Source of the DNA: an uncultured Verrucomicrobiae bacterium
Lineage (GTDB): Bacteria; Verrucomicrobiota; Verrucomicrobiia; Limisphaerales; Palsa-1400
Reading direction: 5' to 3'
DNA: 64,000 nucleotides
Assembly: GCA_963764165.1 (NCBI GenBank)
Contig: CAVXRD010000002.1
Coordinates: forward strand, 1,376,001-1,440,000
Shown here piece after piece: positions 19,104-28,934 of this stretch. The notes beneath the pieces are model-generated. The model did not search any database and had not been told where the DNA came from. It saw only the letters and a program-made list of their open reading frames with translations. The translations under genes were made by a program, and so were the position numbers. Positions within the stretch are counted from its first letter, which is position 1. Each line of letters starts with the position of its first letter.

Positions 19104-20176
19104 CGATTTCCGACCATCGCAAGTCCATCGATGAGCTGGACGCGCAGATCATCCGCCTTCTGAACGCGCGCACGGAGCACGTCCTGAAAATTGGCGAGAT
19201 CAAGCTCAAGGCGGGCGAGGCGATTTACGTCCCCCACCGCGAGCGCATGGTGCTGCAGCGCATTTGCAAATTAAACGAGGGGCCGATCAAGGACGAATCG
19301 CTGCGCGCAATTTATCGCGAGATCATGTCCAGCGCCTTGTCACTCGAGAAATCGATGACCATCGCGTATCTCGGGCCGGAAGCGACGTTCACTCATCAGG
19401 CGGCCGTGCAGCGATTTGGCTCGAGCCTGCGTTACACCGCGCAGAATACCATTGCCGATATTTTCACCGAAGTGGGAAAGAACCGCGCGGATTACGGGGT
19501 TGTCCCTGTTGAGAACACGACGGAAGGCGTTGTCACCCATACGCTGGATATGTTTGTTGACAGCCCATTGCGGATCGTCGCGCAAATTGTTTTGCCAATT
19601 CAGTATTGCCTGGCTGGCGAAGGGCGGCTGAAGGATGTGCAACGTCTGTTCGGCCATCCCCAGGCCCTGGCGCAATGCCGTTTGTGGATACAGCGGAATT
19701 TGCCCAAGGCGGAAATTCTGGAAACATCATCCAACGCCCGCTCGGCGGAACTTGTGAGTTTGGCGGACAAGAAAGACCGCCCGCATTCCGCGGCGATTAC
19801 GGGATTTCTGGCGGCCGAGAAGTACGACCTCAAAATCATTGATCGCGGCATCCAGGATTTCAGCGACAACGCCACGCGCTTTCTCGTGCTCGGCCGACAA
19901 TGCGGACCGGCCACGGGACGCGACCGGACGAGCCTGATGTTCAGCATCGCGGACAAAGTTGGCGCGCTTTACCACGCGCTGGCGTCCTTCCGCCGATACA
20001 AGCTGAACATGACCAAGATCGAGTCGCGCCCGAGCAAGCGGAAGGCGTGGGAGTATTTCTTTTTTGTTGACTGCGACGGCCATTTCACCGACAAGCGCGT
20101 GGCCAAGGCCATCACCGATCTCGAGGCGGCCTGCAATTTCGTCAAAGTCCTCGGGTCCTATCCCAACGGAGATTAG
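19100..20176 (+). CDS. pheA: chorismate mutase/prephenate dehydratase
   Basis: CM domain, YLGPEATF, VPVENTTEG, NATRFLVL, TKIESRP, KVLGSYP. Confidence 0.96.
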   Translation: MTISDHRKSIDELDAQIIRLLNARTEHVLKIGEIKLKAGEAIYVPHRERMVLQRICKLNEGPIKDESLRAIYREIMSSALSLEKSMTIAYLGPEATFTHQAAVQRFGSSLRYTAQNTIADIFTEVGKNRADYGVVPVENTTEGVVTHTLDMFVDSPLRIVAQIVLPIQYCLAGEGRLKDVQRLFGHPQALAQCRLWIQRNLPKAEILETSSNARSAELVSLADKKDRPHSAAITGFLAAEKYDLKIIDRGIQDFSDNATRFLVLGRQCGPATGRDRTSLMFSIADKVGALYHALASFRRYKLNMTKIESRPSKRKAWEYFFFVDCDGHFTDKRVAKAITDLEAACNFVKVLGSYPNGD

Positions 20177-20179
20177 CGC

Positions 20180-20782
20180 GTGAGTGCATCTGGCGCTTAC
20201 CAGATTCGGCGGGCGACGACAGACGATTTGGACAAGCTGATCGTGCTGTGGCGGGCATCCGGGCTGCCGTCCGATGATCTCGAAAAACAATTCACCGAAT
20301 TTCAAGTTGCTGAATCTCGCGAAGGCCAGATCGTCGGCGCCATTGCCATGCAAATCGCGGGCACGGACGGGCGGATTCATTCCGAGGCCTACTCCGATTT
20401 TTCGCTAAGCAATCATTTGCGCCCGCTGTTCTGGGCACGACTGGAAGTGGTCGCGCGCAATCACGGACTTTTTCGTGTCTGGACGACAGAGACCGCGCCG
20501 TTTTGGAAAAAGGAAGCGGGCTTCTCGGCTCCAACAACGCGACCGCCTGAACTTTTCGCGCCTGCCAACGATCCGTGGCTTGCCTTGCGCTTGAAGGAGG
20601 AGGGCGCTGATCCCGCGCTGCTGGAGGCGCAATTCACTCTATTCCGCGAGGCTGAGAGAGCGAAACGCGAGAAATTGATGCAAAGCGCCTCCGCGCTGAA
20701 AATGTTCGGGACGCTGGTGGCGGTGGTCGTGTTTATATTTTCGGTGATGGTGCTATTCTGGTTCATCCGCCACCGGGCGTAG
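20180..20782 (+). CDS. GNAT-fold-like protein with C-terminal membrane anchor
   Basis: IRRATTDDL N-terminus, GQIVGAIAM strand; hydrophobic C-terminus. Confidence 0.55.
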   Translation: MSASGAYQIRRATTDDLDKLIVLWRASGLPSDDLEKQFTEFQVAESREGQIVGAIAMQIAGTDGRIHSEAYSDFSLSNHLRPLFWARLEVVARNHGLFRVWTTETAPFWKKEAGFSAPTTRPPELFAPANDPWLALRLKEEGADPALLEAQFTLFREAERAKREKLMQSASALKMFGTLVAVVVFIFSVMVLFWFIRHRA

Positions 20783-20788
20783 CGTCAA

Positions 20789-21778
20789 CTATTTTTTCTC
20801 CATTTTCTCCGGCGCCTTGTTTGTTTCCGCGGGCGGGGGAGCCGGCGGCGCGACCCAGCCAAGATCGATATCGCAATGTGGAAGCGATTTTTGCAGCGCA
20901 GCCGCTCCGTTTGTTGTGACCTTTGTCTGCCAAAGATGCACATGATGCAAGTTGGTCAGGCTCCTCAAATGATCCAAGCCCGCATCTGTGACGGGCGTGT
21001 CATATAAATTTAGATACGACAGAGTTGGCATTCCGGTGAGGACTTCAAGATCGGTGTCCTTGATCTTGGTGTGTTCGAGGTGCAATTGCCGCAGATTTTC
21101 CAGCGATTTCAAACCGGCGAGGCCAACGCTGGAGAAGGTCGTTCCGGCGAGATTCAAATTCACCAGACTGGTGACATTTTTCAACTGAGCCAGCGCCAAC
21201 TCGACATTGTGTTCGTTCTGGCCGCGAAGGCTCGCTTCATGCCATGGAGAACCGGCGGCGATGGGCCACAGGTCAACTCCCATTGATTGCAATGCCGCCG
21301 CGGATTTTGCTTCCGCGGGGCCGGGTTTGAAATTCGCGGGAAAATCCGGTTCCGGCGGTTCAACTTTGATTGGCTTGGGCACGAAGGGGGCTTCCTTGAC
21401 AACGGCGGCCACGGCTGTCTCCGGCCACGGCGCGCCTTGCTTGATCCAGTCGCGAATTAGATCGGTTTGCGCCTTCGTCAGAAGATCGCCCTTGCTCGGC
21501 ATGACATCATCATTGCCTGCGGGAAGAATGATGCGCCGGTAAAGATCGCTCTTCCCCGGATCGCCGGGCACGAGAACGACGCCGTCATCGCCGCCCTTCA
21601 GCGCGGCGGCTTTGGAATCGAGGCGCAATCCGCCTTTCTGTTTTTCCGCGCCGTGGCAGCCGATGCAGGACTTTTGGAATATGGGGAGAACCTGCGTCGT
21701 GAAATCCACGTCGGCCCGCGCCAGGGCGGCGGAAGCAAATCCAAGCAGCAAGGTTGGCACCAGAAAAATTGTCTTCAC
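20789..21778 (-). CDS. planctomycete-type cytochrome c domain plus leucine-rich repeats
   Basis: Signal peptide; [30 protein letters not shown]; LxxLxLxxT repeats. Confidence 0.85.
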   Translation of the reverse strand: MKTIFLVPTLLLGFASAALARADVDFTTQVLPIFQKSCIGCHGAEKQKGGLRLDSKAAALKGGDDGVVLVPGDPGKSDLYRRIILPAGNDDVMPSKGDLLTKAQTDLIRDWIKQGAPWPETAVAAVVKEAPFVPKPIKVEPPEPDFPANFKPGPAEAKSAAALQSMGVDLWPIAAGSPWHEASLRGQNEHNVELALAQLKNVTSLVNLNLAGTTFSSVGLAGLKSLENLRQLHLEHTKIKDTDLEVLTGMPTLSYLNLYDTPVTDAGLDHLRSLTNLHHVHLWQTKVTTNGAAALQKSLPHCDIDLGWVAPPAPPPAETNKAPEKMEKK

Positions 21779-21821
21779 GCGCCACTATTAGCCCGCCGAC
21801 TTGGAAAAGAAAACGAGTAAA

Positions 21822-22805
21822 TCACGCGGATTTCTCGATGGTGACATCGCCGCCAATAATTCGCTCCAGATGTCCGTGCGGGCCGCGCAGCAGCAGCGCC
21901 CCGTCTTCCGCCAGCGATTCTGCGCGTCCGCGAATCACACGATCACCCATCCGAATGGTGACCTCGCAGCCGAGCGTCGAGCAGCGCCGCTCCCATTGCT
22001 CGGCCAACCGGGTGAATTCGCCATTGGCCACCGCGTGGTAATCGCAATCCAATTCGCGGAGGATGGCCACCGCCAATTCGGCGCGATTGATTATTTGCCC
22101 GGTCTCGATGCAAAGCGACGTTGCCGTTTTCAGCAGGCCGTCCGGAAAATCGGCGGCGGTCGAATTGACGTTCATCCCGATTCCCAAAAGCACTTCCTGC
22201 ACTTGATCCACTTCGGCCCGCATTTCGGTGAGAATTCCCGCGATCTTCCGGCCGCGAATCAACAGATCATTTGGCCACTTGATGTCCGGCGAAACGCCTG
22301 TTTGCGCGGCGACAGCGCGGGTCAGCGCGGTGGCGGCGGCGATGGTGAGTCGCGTCGTTTCCTGCGGCGGCATTTTGGGGCGGAGCAGAATCGTGAACCA
22401 AAGTCCTTTGCCGGGCGGCGAAACCCACGAGCGGCCCAATCGCCCGCGCCCTTTGGTTTGCGATTCGGCGAAAACGGCGGTGCCTTCCTGCGCGCCGCCG
22501 CGGGCGAGCCGGGCGATGACGTCGTTGGTGGAAGTTGTCTCCTGGTAAACGTGAATGGCGCGGCCGATTACATGCGTCTCCCCGAGGCGCGACTGCAAAT
22601 CGTCCGCGTGCAGCAAGTCGGGTGTGCCGAGCAGCCGGTAACCCAAATGCGGGCTGGCTTCCACATCGTAGCCCAATTCCCGCAGCGCCTGCACGCGCGC
22701 CCACACGCCCGCGCGGGTCATGCCGAGCTGGCGGGCCAATTCCGCGCCGGAAACGCCCCACGGCGCTGCGCGGAGGGTGGCGAGAATTTTGGCGTCAACG
22801 CTCAT
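21822..22805 (-). CDS. birA: bifunctional biotin ligase/repressor
   Basis: N-terminal HTH, STND, QTKGRGRLGRSW, IKWPND, KIAGIL, GIGMNV. Confidence 0.96.
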   Translation of the reverse strand: MSVDAKILATLRAAPWGVSGAELARQLGMTRAGVWARVQALRELGYDVEASPHLGYRLLGTPDLLHADDLQSRLGETHVIGRAIHVYQETTSTNDVIARLARGGAQEGTAVFAESQTKGRGRLGRSWVSPPGKGLWFTILLRPKMPPQETTRLTIAAATALTRAVAAQTGVSPDIKWPNDLLIRGRKIAGILTEMRAEVDQVQEVLLGIGMNVNSTAADFPDGLLKTATSLCIETGQIINRAELAVAILRELDCDYHAVANGEFTRLAEQWERRCSTLGCEVTIRMGDRVIRGRAESLAEDGALLLRGPHGHLERIIGGDVTIEKSA

Positions 22806-23647
22806 GCATCGGCCTGGAAATCCAACGCAACATCCGCCGCCCGCGCCGAATGCGTCAGAGCGCCGACGGAAATAAAATCAACGCCGGTTGAGGCAATTTC
22901 TTTGACAGTCGCCATGCTGACGCCGCCGCTTGCCTCAGTCAGCGTCTTGCCATTCACCAGCCAGACAGCGGCGCGCAATTCCTCGACCGACATATTGTCC
23001 AGCAGAATCACATCGGCCTTCGCGAACAGCGCCTGCTCGACTTGTTCCAGCGTGTCCGCTTCCACCTCGACGAGCAGCTTCGGATATTTTGCGCGCGCGC
23101 GCCGCACTGCGGCTTCGATGGCGTTCGGCGGCTCAAGCCGCAACGCGGCCAAGTGATTGTCCTTGATGAGCACGCGGTCAAAAAGTCCAACCCGATGATT
23201 CGTCCCGCCGCCGCAAGCGACCGCGTATTTTTCTAATTGACGCAAACCGGGCGTGGTTTTGCGCGTGTCGAGAATTTTCGCCTTCGTGCCCGCGGTCGCA
23301 TCGACAAAACGCGCCGTCAGGCTGGCGATGCCTGAAAGCCGCTGCACAAAATTCAGCGCGACGCGTTCCGCCGTGAGCATCGGCCCGGCGGGCCCGCGCA
23401 GGCGCAGCAGCACATCGCCCCCCCTCGCGCGCGCGCCGTCCTTGGCCAGGTGCTCCACGTCGATTTTCCCCGAAACTTCCTTGAAGGCGGCTTCGGCCAG
23501 CGGCAAACCGCACACGACCATCGGCTCGCGCGCGACCATGACGGCGGTGGCGTTGAGGGAATCCGGCACGGTGGCGAGTGTGGTAACGTCGCCATCGCCA
23601 ATGTCCTCAGCCAATGCGCGGCGAACAATTTCAAAATCAAATTTCAA
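22802..23647 (-). CDS. nadC: nicotinate-nucleotide pyrophosphorylase
   Basis: EDIGDGDVTT, DTRKTTPG, NHRVGL, LIKDNH, EVE, LLDN, EASGG, ISVGALTHS. Confidence 0.97.
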   Translation of the reverse strand: MKFDFEIVRRALAEDIGDGDVTTLATVPDSLNATAVMVAREPMVVCGLPLAEAAFKEVSGKIDVEHLAKDGARARGGDVLLRLRGPAGPMLTAERVALNFVQRLSGIASLTARFVDATAGTKAKILDTRKTTPGLRQLEKYAVACGGGTNHRVGLFDRVLIKDNHLAALRLEPPNAIEAAVRRARAKYPKLLVEVEADTLEQVEQALFAKADVILLDNMSVEELRAAVWLVNGKTLTEASGGVSMATVKEIASTGVDFISVGALTHSARAADVALDFQADA

Positions 23648-23701
23648 CGGGAGACATTTAGCACCAATTCATCACGAATGCGAAGATGAAATGCCTCTGC
23701 A

Positions 23702-23802
23702 GGTAGGGACGCCTCGCCGAGGCGTCCGGGGTGAGGCTTTATTCACGCGCTACCCTTGGCATGCCCACCCGCAACCGGGCGCCTCGGCGAGGCGTCCCTG
23801 CC
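23702..23802. repeat. intact GTAG-type REPIN, family A
   Basis: GGTAGGGACGCCTCGCCGAGGCGTCC ... GGGCGCCTCGGCGAGGCGTCCCTGCC. Confidence 0.9.
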
Positions 23803-23849
23803 TTTGGCCTCTGGACAAAGCGACGGAGACGGGCCAACTTCGTTTCACC

Positions 23850-24572
23850 ATGATGTTTCGGACGGGAAAATGCGCGACGCTTCTACTAGTATTTGGACTG
23901 GCGCGGGCAGTGTTGGCGCAAACGCCTGCTCCGGCTTACACCACCAACGCGCAGCACGATCCCGATGGCATCGGAAAATTTTATTGCGGAAGGGAAATCG
24001 CGCAGGTCATGGGCCATCAGGCCGCAGGCTGGCTGGAGCGTCCGGAACGCGCGGAAGAGGAGCGCCCCGATCTGCTGCTGAAATTGCTTCCGCTTCAATC
24101 GGGTGAAACAGCAGCGGACATCGGAGCGGGCAGCGGCTATCTGAGCTGGCGATTGGCGGGAATTGTTGGCGCGAGCGGACATGTCGATTGCGTCGATATT
24201 CAGCAGGAGATGCTGGATTTGCTGGCAAAGAACATGGCAGCGCATCACACAACCAATTTCCAAACCATCCTCGGCGCCGTGACAGACACGCGCCTCCCCG
24301 CCAACTCCGTCGATCTCGCGCTGATGGTGGATGTCTACCACGAGTTCGATCATCCGCTGGAGATGATGCAATCCATCGTGCGCTCGCTGAAACCTAGCGG
24401 CCGAGTGGTGTGGGTCGAGTATCGCGGCGAGGATCCGGCGGTGCCCATCAAACCGCTCCACAAGATGACCGAAGCCCAGGTGCGAAAGGAGGCCGCTTCG
24501 CTTCCCTTGCAATGGGTGGAAACCATTGAAAAGCTTCCCCGGCAACACATCATTGTTTTCAAAAAAATATGA
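23850..24572 (+). CDS. class I SAM-dependent methyltransferase with signal peptide
   Basis: GREIAQVMGH, ADIGAGSGY, VDVYHEF, LKPSG. Confidence 0.88.
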   Translation: MMFRTGKCATLLLVFGLARAVLAQTPAPAYTTNAQHDPDGIGKFYCGREIAQVMGHQAAGWLERPERAEEERPDLLLKLLPLQSGETAADIGAGSGYLSWRLAGIVGASGHVDCVDIQQEMLDLLAKNMAAHHTTNFQTILGAVTDTRLPANSVDLALMVDVYHEFDHPLEMMQSIVRSLKPSGRVVWVEYRGEDPAVPIKPLHKMTEAQVRKEAASLPLQWVETIEKLPRQHIIVFKKI

Positions 24573-25246
24573 ACTTCAGTTACTATGGACATTCCTGTTT
24601 TGCGCTCGAAACAGCCGGGCGCAAATTTCTATTTGACCCATATATTACACCCAATCCGCAGGCGAGCAGCGTGGATATTAATGGCATCAAGGCGGATTAC
24701 ATTCTCGTGTCGCACGGCCATGGGGATCATTTGGCGGACGCCGTCGCGCTGGCGCAGCAAACCGACGCCACTGTCATCGCGCCTTACGAAGTAGCGCAGT
24801 GGCTCGGCAAACAGGGCGCGGCGAAGACTCGGCCGATTAATCACGGCAGCACGAAGCTTGATTTCGGCAAGTTGCATTTTGTGAATGCGATCCATTCCAG
24901 CAGCCTGCCGGACGGAAGCTACGGCGGCAATCCGGGCGGGTTCATTTTGGAAACGGCAGACGGCGCTTTCTATTATTCCGGCGACACCGCGTTGACAAAG
25001 GACATGGAATTAATCGGCGCGACTGTCAAACTGACGTTCGCGGCCTTGTGCATCGGCGGAAATTTCACGATGGATGTCGATGACGCCGTGGTCGCGGCGC
25101 GGATGACCGGATGCAAGGAAATTGTCGGCGTTCACTACGACACGTTTCCGCCAATCAAAATCGATCACGCCGAATCGCAGCGGAAATTCAAGGATGCGGG
25201 ATTGAACCTGCACCTGTTGAAAATTGGTGAGAGCCGGAAATTCTAG
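24569..25246 (+). CDS. metal-dependent hydrolase, metallo-beta-lactamase fold
   Basis: YGHSC, SHGHGDH, HSS, YSGDT, HYDTF. Confidence 0.92.
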   Translation: MNFSYYGHSCFALETAGRKFLFDPYITPNPQASSVDINGIKADYILVSHGHGDHLADAVALAQQTDATVIAPYEVAQWLGKQGAAKTRPINHGSTKLDFGKLHFVNAIHSSSLPDGSYGGNPGGFILETADGAFYYSGDTALTKDMELIGATVKLTFAALCIGGNFTMDVDDAVVAARMTGCKEIVGVHYDTFPPIKIDHAESQRKFKDAGLNLHLLKIGESRKF

Positions 25247-25284
25247 TGGGGTTGTTGGCGATGGGCGCATTTCAATCTGCAAAA

Positions 25285-25383
25285 GGTAGCGCCTCGCCGA
25301 GGCGTCCGGGGTGAGGCGTTATTCCTGCATCGCCCTTTCGCATGTTCACGCGCAACCGGACGCCTCGGCGAGGCGTCCCTACC
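25285..25383. repeat. GTAG-type REPIN, family A
   Basis: GGTAG(C)GCCTCGCCGAGGCGTCC ... GGACGCCTCGGCGAGGCGTCCCTACC; spacer resembles the 23702 copy. Confidence 0.9.
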
Positions 25384-25391
25384 TCGCTCCG

Positions 25392-26417
25392 TTATGCGCG
25401 GGGATCGAAGTGCGATTCCTTCGCCAATTGCTCCCACAGCGCCTTCTCCTTCGCGCTAATTTCCTTCGGCATTTGGATGCGCGCGACGACATAGAGGTCG
25501 CCCGCATCGGAACCTCGGCTGGTCAATCCGCGCCCGCGCACGCGAAGGCGCTGGCCGGTTTGGGTGCCGGAGGGAATCTTGATATTGACAGAGCCGCCCA
25601 GGGTCGGCACGGAAACACTCGCGCCCAGCGCCGCTTCCCACGGCGCCAGATCGAGGTCGTAATATAAATCGCCGCCGGCCACGCGAAAATCCGGATGGCT
25701 GGCGAGGCGCACACGCAAATACAAATCGCCGGGTGGCCCGCCGCCGTGGCCGGGTTCGCCCTGGCCGCTGACGCGCAATCGCTGGCCGTCGCGCACGCCC
25801 GCCGGAATTTTGACTTTGTATTCCTGCTTGGCGGTGACGAATCCGTTGCCTTGGCATTTGGGACACACGCGCCGGGCTTTGACACCGGTGCCTTCGCATT
25901 CGGGGCAGGCCACGTTTCGGCCGACGCTGATGGCCCGAACCGCGCCATTCATCGCTTCCTCTAGCGTCACCATCAAGACGCCCTCAACGTCTTCGCCTTT
26001 TTCGCTTTCCGCCGCGAACGGCGGGGCGCCATTGCCGCCACCCCCGCGCCGCGCGCCAAACATTTGCTCAAAAAAATCGCTGAAACCTGTTCCTCCGAAT
26101 TCAAAATCCTCCGCTCCTTGTCCGCTCTGCCATGTGTGGGTGCGGAATCCGTCCGCTCCCGTTCCAGGTTGCGGGCGGGCGCCGGCGTGCTTCCAATTTG
26201 CGCCGAGGCGGTCGTACTTTTCGCGTTTCTCGGCGTCGCCCAGCACCTCGTAGGCTTCGTTGATTTCCTTGAATTTCTCCTCCGCCACTTTTTTGTCCTT
26301 GGCCACGTCGGGATGATACTGGCGGGCCAGTTTGCGGAAGGCCGTGCGAATCTCGTCATGGCTGGCGGTGCGCGCGACGCCCAAAGTTTTGTAGTAGTCT
26401 TTATATTCGACGGGCAT
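25392..26417 (-). CDS. DnaJ/CbpA-class J-domain co-chaperone
   Basis: HPD J-domain, FSDFFE, two CxxCxGxG repeats, GDLY C-terminal domains. Confidence 0.92.
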   Translation of the reverse strand: MPVEYKDYYKTLGVARTASHDEIRTAFRKLARQYHPDVAKDKKVAEEKFKEINEAYEVLGDAEKREKYDRLGANWKHAGARPQPGTGADGFRTHTWQSGQGAEDFEFGGTGFSDFFEQMFGARRGGGGNGAPPFAAESEKGEDVEGVLMVTLEEAMNGAVRAISVGRNVACPECEGTGVKARRVCPKCQGNGFVTAKQEYKVKIPAGVRDGQRLRVSGQGEPGHGGGPPGDLYLRVRLASHPDFRVAGGDLYYDLDLAPWEAALGASVSVPTLGGSVNIKIPSGTQTGQRLRVRGRGLTSRGSDAGDLYVVARIQMPKEISAKEKALWEQLAKESHFDPRA

Positions 26418-26467
26418 AATGTTCGATATTATATGAATCTTAAGGTTCGCCGCCGAAAATTCAAACT

Positions 26468-27397
26468 ATGAGATACGCGCAATCTTTTAAGGTAGGGACG
26501 CCTCTCGGAGGCGTCCAGCTCAAGACTGGTAGGGCGAGACTCCGGCAAGCCCTGATTAAATTCCCGTTCGCAAAAAACAATCGGGGCTCGACAGAGTCTC
26601 GCCCTACCGGGAATGCCGGGTTCGCTTGCGCAATGCTGGCGCTTTTCATTTTCATTTGTTTTACAGGCTGCTCCCCGAAACCGCACACGCAATTAATCGT
26701 CGGAATGGAGCTGGGCTACCCGCCATTCGAGACAATCGATGGGCAAGGCCAGCCTACCGGCGTCAGCGTCGACCTGGCCCGCGATTTGGGAAAATCTCTG
26801 GGACGCGAAGTTGAAATTCAGAACATCCGCTATGACGGCCTGATTCCCGCCCTGCAAACGCACAAGATCGATGTAATCATTTCGTCCATGACCGCGACGC
26901 CCGAACGCGCAAAGGCCATCGCTTTTTCCGATCCTTATTTGACGACCGGCCTTTGCTTGCTGGTCGGAAAAAATTCGCCCGTCAAAAGCGCCGACGACAC
27001 AGACGTCAAAGGCCGCACCATAGTGGTGAAGCAAGGCACGACGGGAAATATCTACGCGAGCGACCATATCAAGCAGGCACGTGTCCTGGTGCTTGATGAG
27101 GAAGCGGCTTGCGTGCTGGAAGTCGTGCAGAGCAAGGCCGACGCATTTATCTACGACCAGATTTCAACCTACGAAAATTGGAAACGCAACGAGCAGACGA
27201 CGCGGGCGATTTTGCAGCCGTTCCAGAAGGAATCATGGGCGGTGGGGCTCCGGCAGGGCGACGACGAGTTGCGCGGCAAAATCAATCAATTCCTGCGGGA
27301 TTACAAAACGCAGGGCGGCTTTGAGAAGCTCGGGGACCATTATCTTTCAGAGCAGAAGGAGGCGTTCAAGAAGCTCGGTTACCCATTCTACTTTTGA
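26468..27397 (+). CDS. polar amino acid ABC transporter substrate-binding lipoprotein
   Basis: Lipobox FTGC; YPPFE, LIPALQ, MTATPER, FSDPY, GTTG; start 26468 or 26633. Confidence 0.9.
   Translation: MRYAQSFKVGTPLGGVQLKTGRARLRQALIKFPFAKNNRGSTESRPTGNAGFACAMLALFIFICFTGCSPKPHTQLIVGMELGYPPFETIDGQGQPTGVSVDLARDLGKSLGREVEIQNIRYDGLIPALQTHKIDVIISSMTATPERAKAIAFSDPYLTTGLCLLVGKNSPVKSADDTDVKGRTIVVKQGTTGNIYASDHIKQARVLVLDEEAACVLEVVQSKADAFIYDQISTYENWKRNEQTTRAILQPFQKESWAVGLRQGDDELRGKINQFLRDYKTQGGFEKLGDHYLSEQKEAFKKLGYPFYF
26491..26608. repeat. single family-A REP (26491-26516) plus family-E REPIN (26528-26608)
   Basis: GGTAGGGACGCCTCTCGGAGGCGTCC; GGTAGGGCGAGACTC ... GAGTCTCGCCCTACC. Confidence 0.85.
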
Positions 27398-28194
27398 GAA
27401 GGCGCTGGTCAGAATATTTTTTCGCATCCCATGAACTGGGCGCGCCGCCGCCTCCGCTCGGCGTGCGAATCGTCAATGCGATTTTGGCCCTGCTCATTGT
27501 CTCGCTGGTTTTCTTTTTCTCGTTCCATCACCTCACCTACAAAATGCGGTGGAACGCGGTTTATGCGGATCGCGAGATGTTCGTTCGCGGCTGGCTGACG
27601 ACTGTCGCCATTTCCGCCGTCGCGCTGCTGGGCAGCAGTGCGCTTGGTTTATGCTCGGCGCTCGCGCAGGGGAGTCGGTTTTTGCCGTTTCGTTATCTGG
27701 CGCGGGCTTACGTGGAGATCATTCGCGGCACTCCGTTGCTGGTGCAAATTCTCGTTTTGTATTATGTCGTATTCGACACGATAGGACTCGAGGATAGATA
27801 CAAAGCGGGAACGATTATTCTGTGCATTTTTAGCGGCGCTTACATTTCGGAAATCATCCGCGCCGGCGTTGAAAGCATCGGGCGCTCCCAATGGGAATCG
27901 GCCCGCGCCATCGGGCTGACCCGCGCGCAAACCTATCGCTACGTTGTGTTTCCGCAGGCGCTTCGGCAAACGCTGCCGCCGCTGGCGGGACAATTTGTGT
28001 CGCTGGTGAAGGACTCATCGCTGCTCTCGGTGCTGGGGGTGGAGGAATTCACCAAAGTCGCGCAAATGGCGAACTCGCGCACCTTTCTCACACTCGAATG
28101 CTACCTGCCGCTGGCGCTGGGATATCTTATCCTGACACTGCCAATTTCGCTTTGGTCGCGGCGATTGGAAAAACGCCACAAATTCGAGACGTGA
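27394..28194 (+). CDS. polar amino acid ABC transporter permease
   Basis: IRGTPLLVQI, AYISEIIRAG, QWESARAIGL, KDSSL. Confidence 0.93.
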   Translation: MRRRWSEYFFASHELGAPPPPLGVRIVNAILALLIVSLVFFFSFHHLTYKMRWNAVYADREMFVRGWLTTVAISAVALLGSSALGLCSALAQGSRFLPFRYLARAYVEIIRGTPLLVQILVLYYVVFDTIGLEDRYKAGTIILCIFSGAYISEIIRAGVESIGRSQWESARAIGLTRAQTYRYVVFPQALRQTLPPLAGQFVSLVKDSSLLSVLGVEEFTKVAQMANSRTFLTLECYLPLALGYLILTLPISLWSRRLEKRHKFET

Positions 28195-28198
28195 TTTC

Positions 28199-28930
28199 AT
28201 GGACCTTCGCCTCCGCCAAATCGTAAAGCGTTTCGACGGCCCGCTGGTGCTCGACCAAATCTCGCTTGCGCTTGCAGCCTCGCGGGCGCTGGTTTTGGTG
28301 GGACCGTCAGGCGGTGGAAAGTCCACCCTGCTCAGGATTCTCGGCGGGCTGGAGCATCCGGATTCGGGAGAAGTGGAGATCGATGGCGAGCGTGTTGTTT
28401 ACACTGAGAGCGCTCTGCTGCGGCATCGACGCACAGTGGGAACGGTTTTCCAGGCATTCAATCTTTTTCCGCATATGACGGCCCTTCAAAACATCACTCT
28501 TCCGCTGGAAAAAGTGCATGGCAAATCACGCGGCGAAGCGGAAGAAATCGCGCGGCAATTTCTGGCCCGATTTCGCCTGGCTGATTTCGGCGGGAAACGC
28601 CCGGCCGAACTTTCCGGAGGCCAGCGCCAGCGCATTGCCATTGCGCGCGCCCTCGCTGTCAAACCGAGACTCTTGCTCTTTGATGAGCCGACGTCCGCTT
28701 TGGACCCTGAGATGACGTCCGAAGTGCTCGACACAATTCTCGAACTGCGCGATCAAGGGCAGGATTTTATCCTTGTGACCCATGAAATGGGTTTCGCCCG
28801 GCGTGCGGCGGATCACGTTGGTTTCTTGGCGGAAAGCAAACTGCTGGAAATGGGGACGGCGGAGCAATTCTTCGATTCACCGGCCACTCCGCAAGCCCGC
28901 GCCTTTTTGGCAAAAATTTTGAAGTATTGA
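28199..28930 (+). CDS. polar amino acid ABC transporter ATP-binding protein
   Basis: GPSGGGKST, LSGGQRQR, FDEPTSALDPE, VTHEM. Confidence 0.95.
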   Translation: MDLRLRQIVKRFDGPLVLDQISLALAASRALVLVGPSGGGKSTLLRILGGLEHPDSGEVEIDGERVVYTESALLRHRRTVGTVFQAFNLFPHMTALQNITLPLEKVHGKSRGEAEEIARQFLARFRLADFGGKRPAELSGGQRQRIAIARALAVKPRLLLFDEPTSALDPEMTSEVLDTILELRDQGQDFILVTHEMGFARRAADHVGFLAESKLLEMGTAEQFFDSPATPQARAFLAKILKY

Positions 28931-28934
28931 TCGA

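Noticed and set aside
21801..23156. Long overlapping ORFs (also 34792-35937, 50184-51326, 53486-54955, 63078-63998)
   Set aside because: Antisense to well-supported genes; expected in high-GC DNA
23253..23849. N-terminal extensions of ORF-track calls (also 39412-39939, 61957-62628, 14674-14826)
   Set aside because: They run through opposite-strand genes or repeats; internal starts match family N-termini
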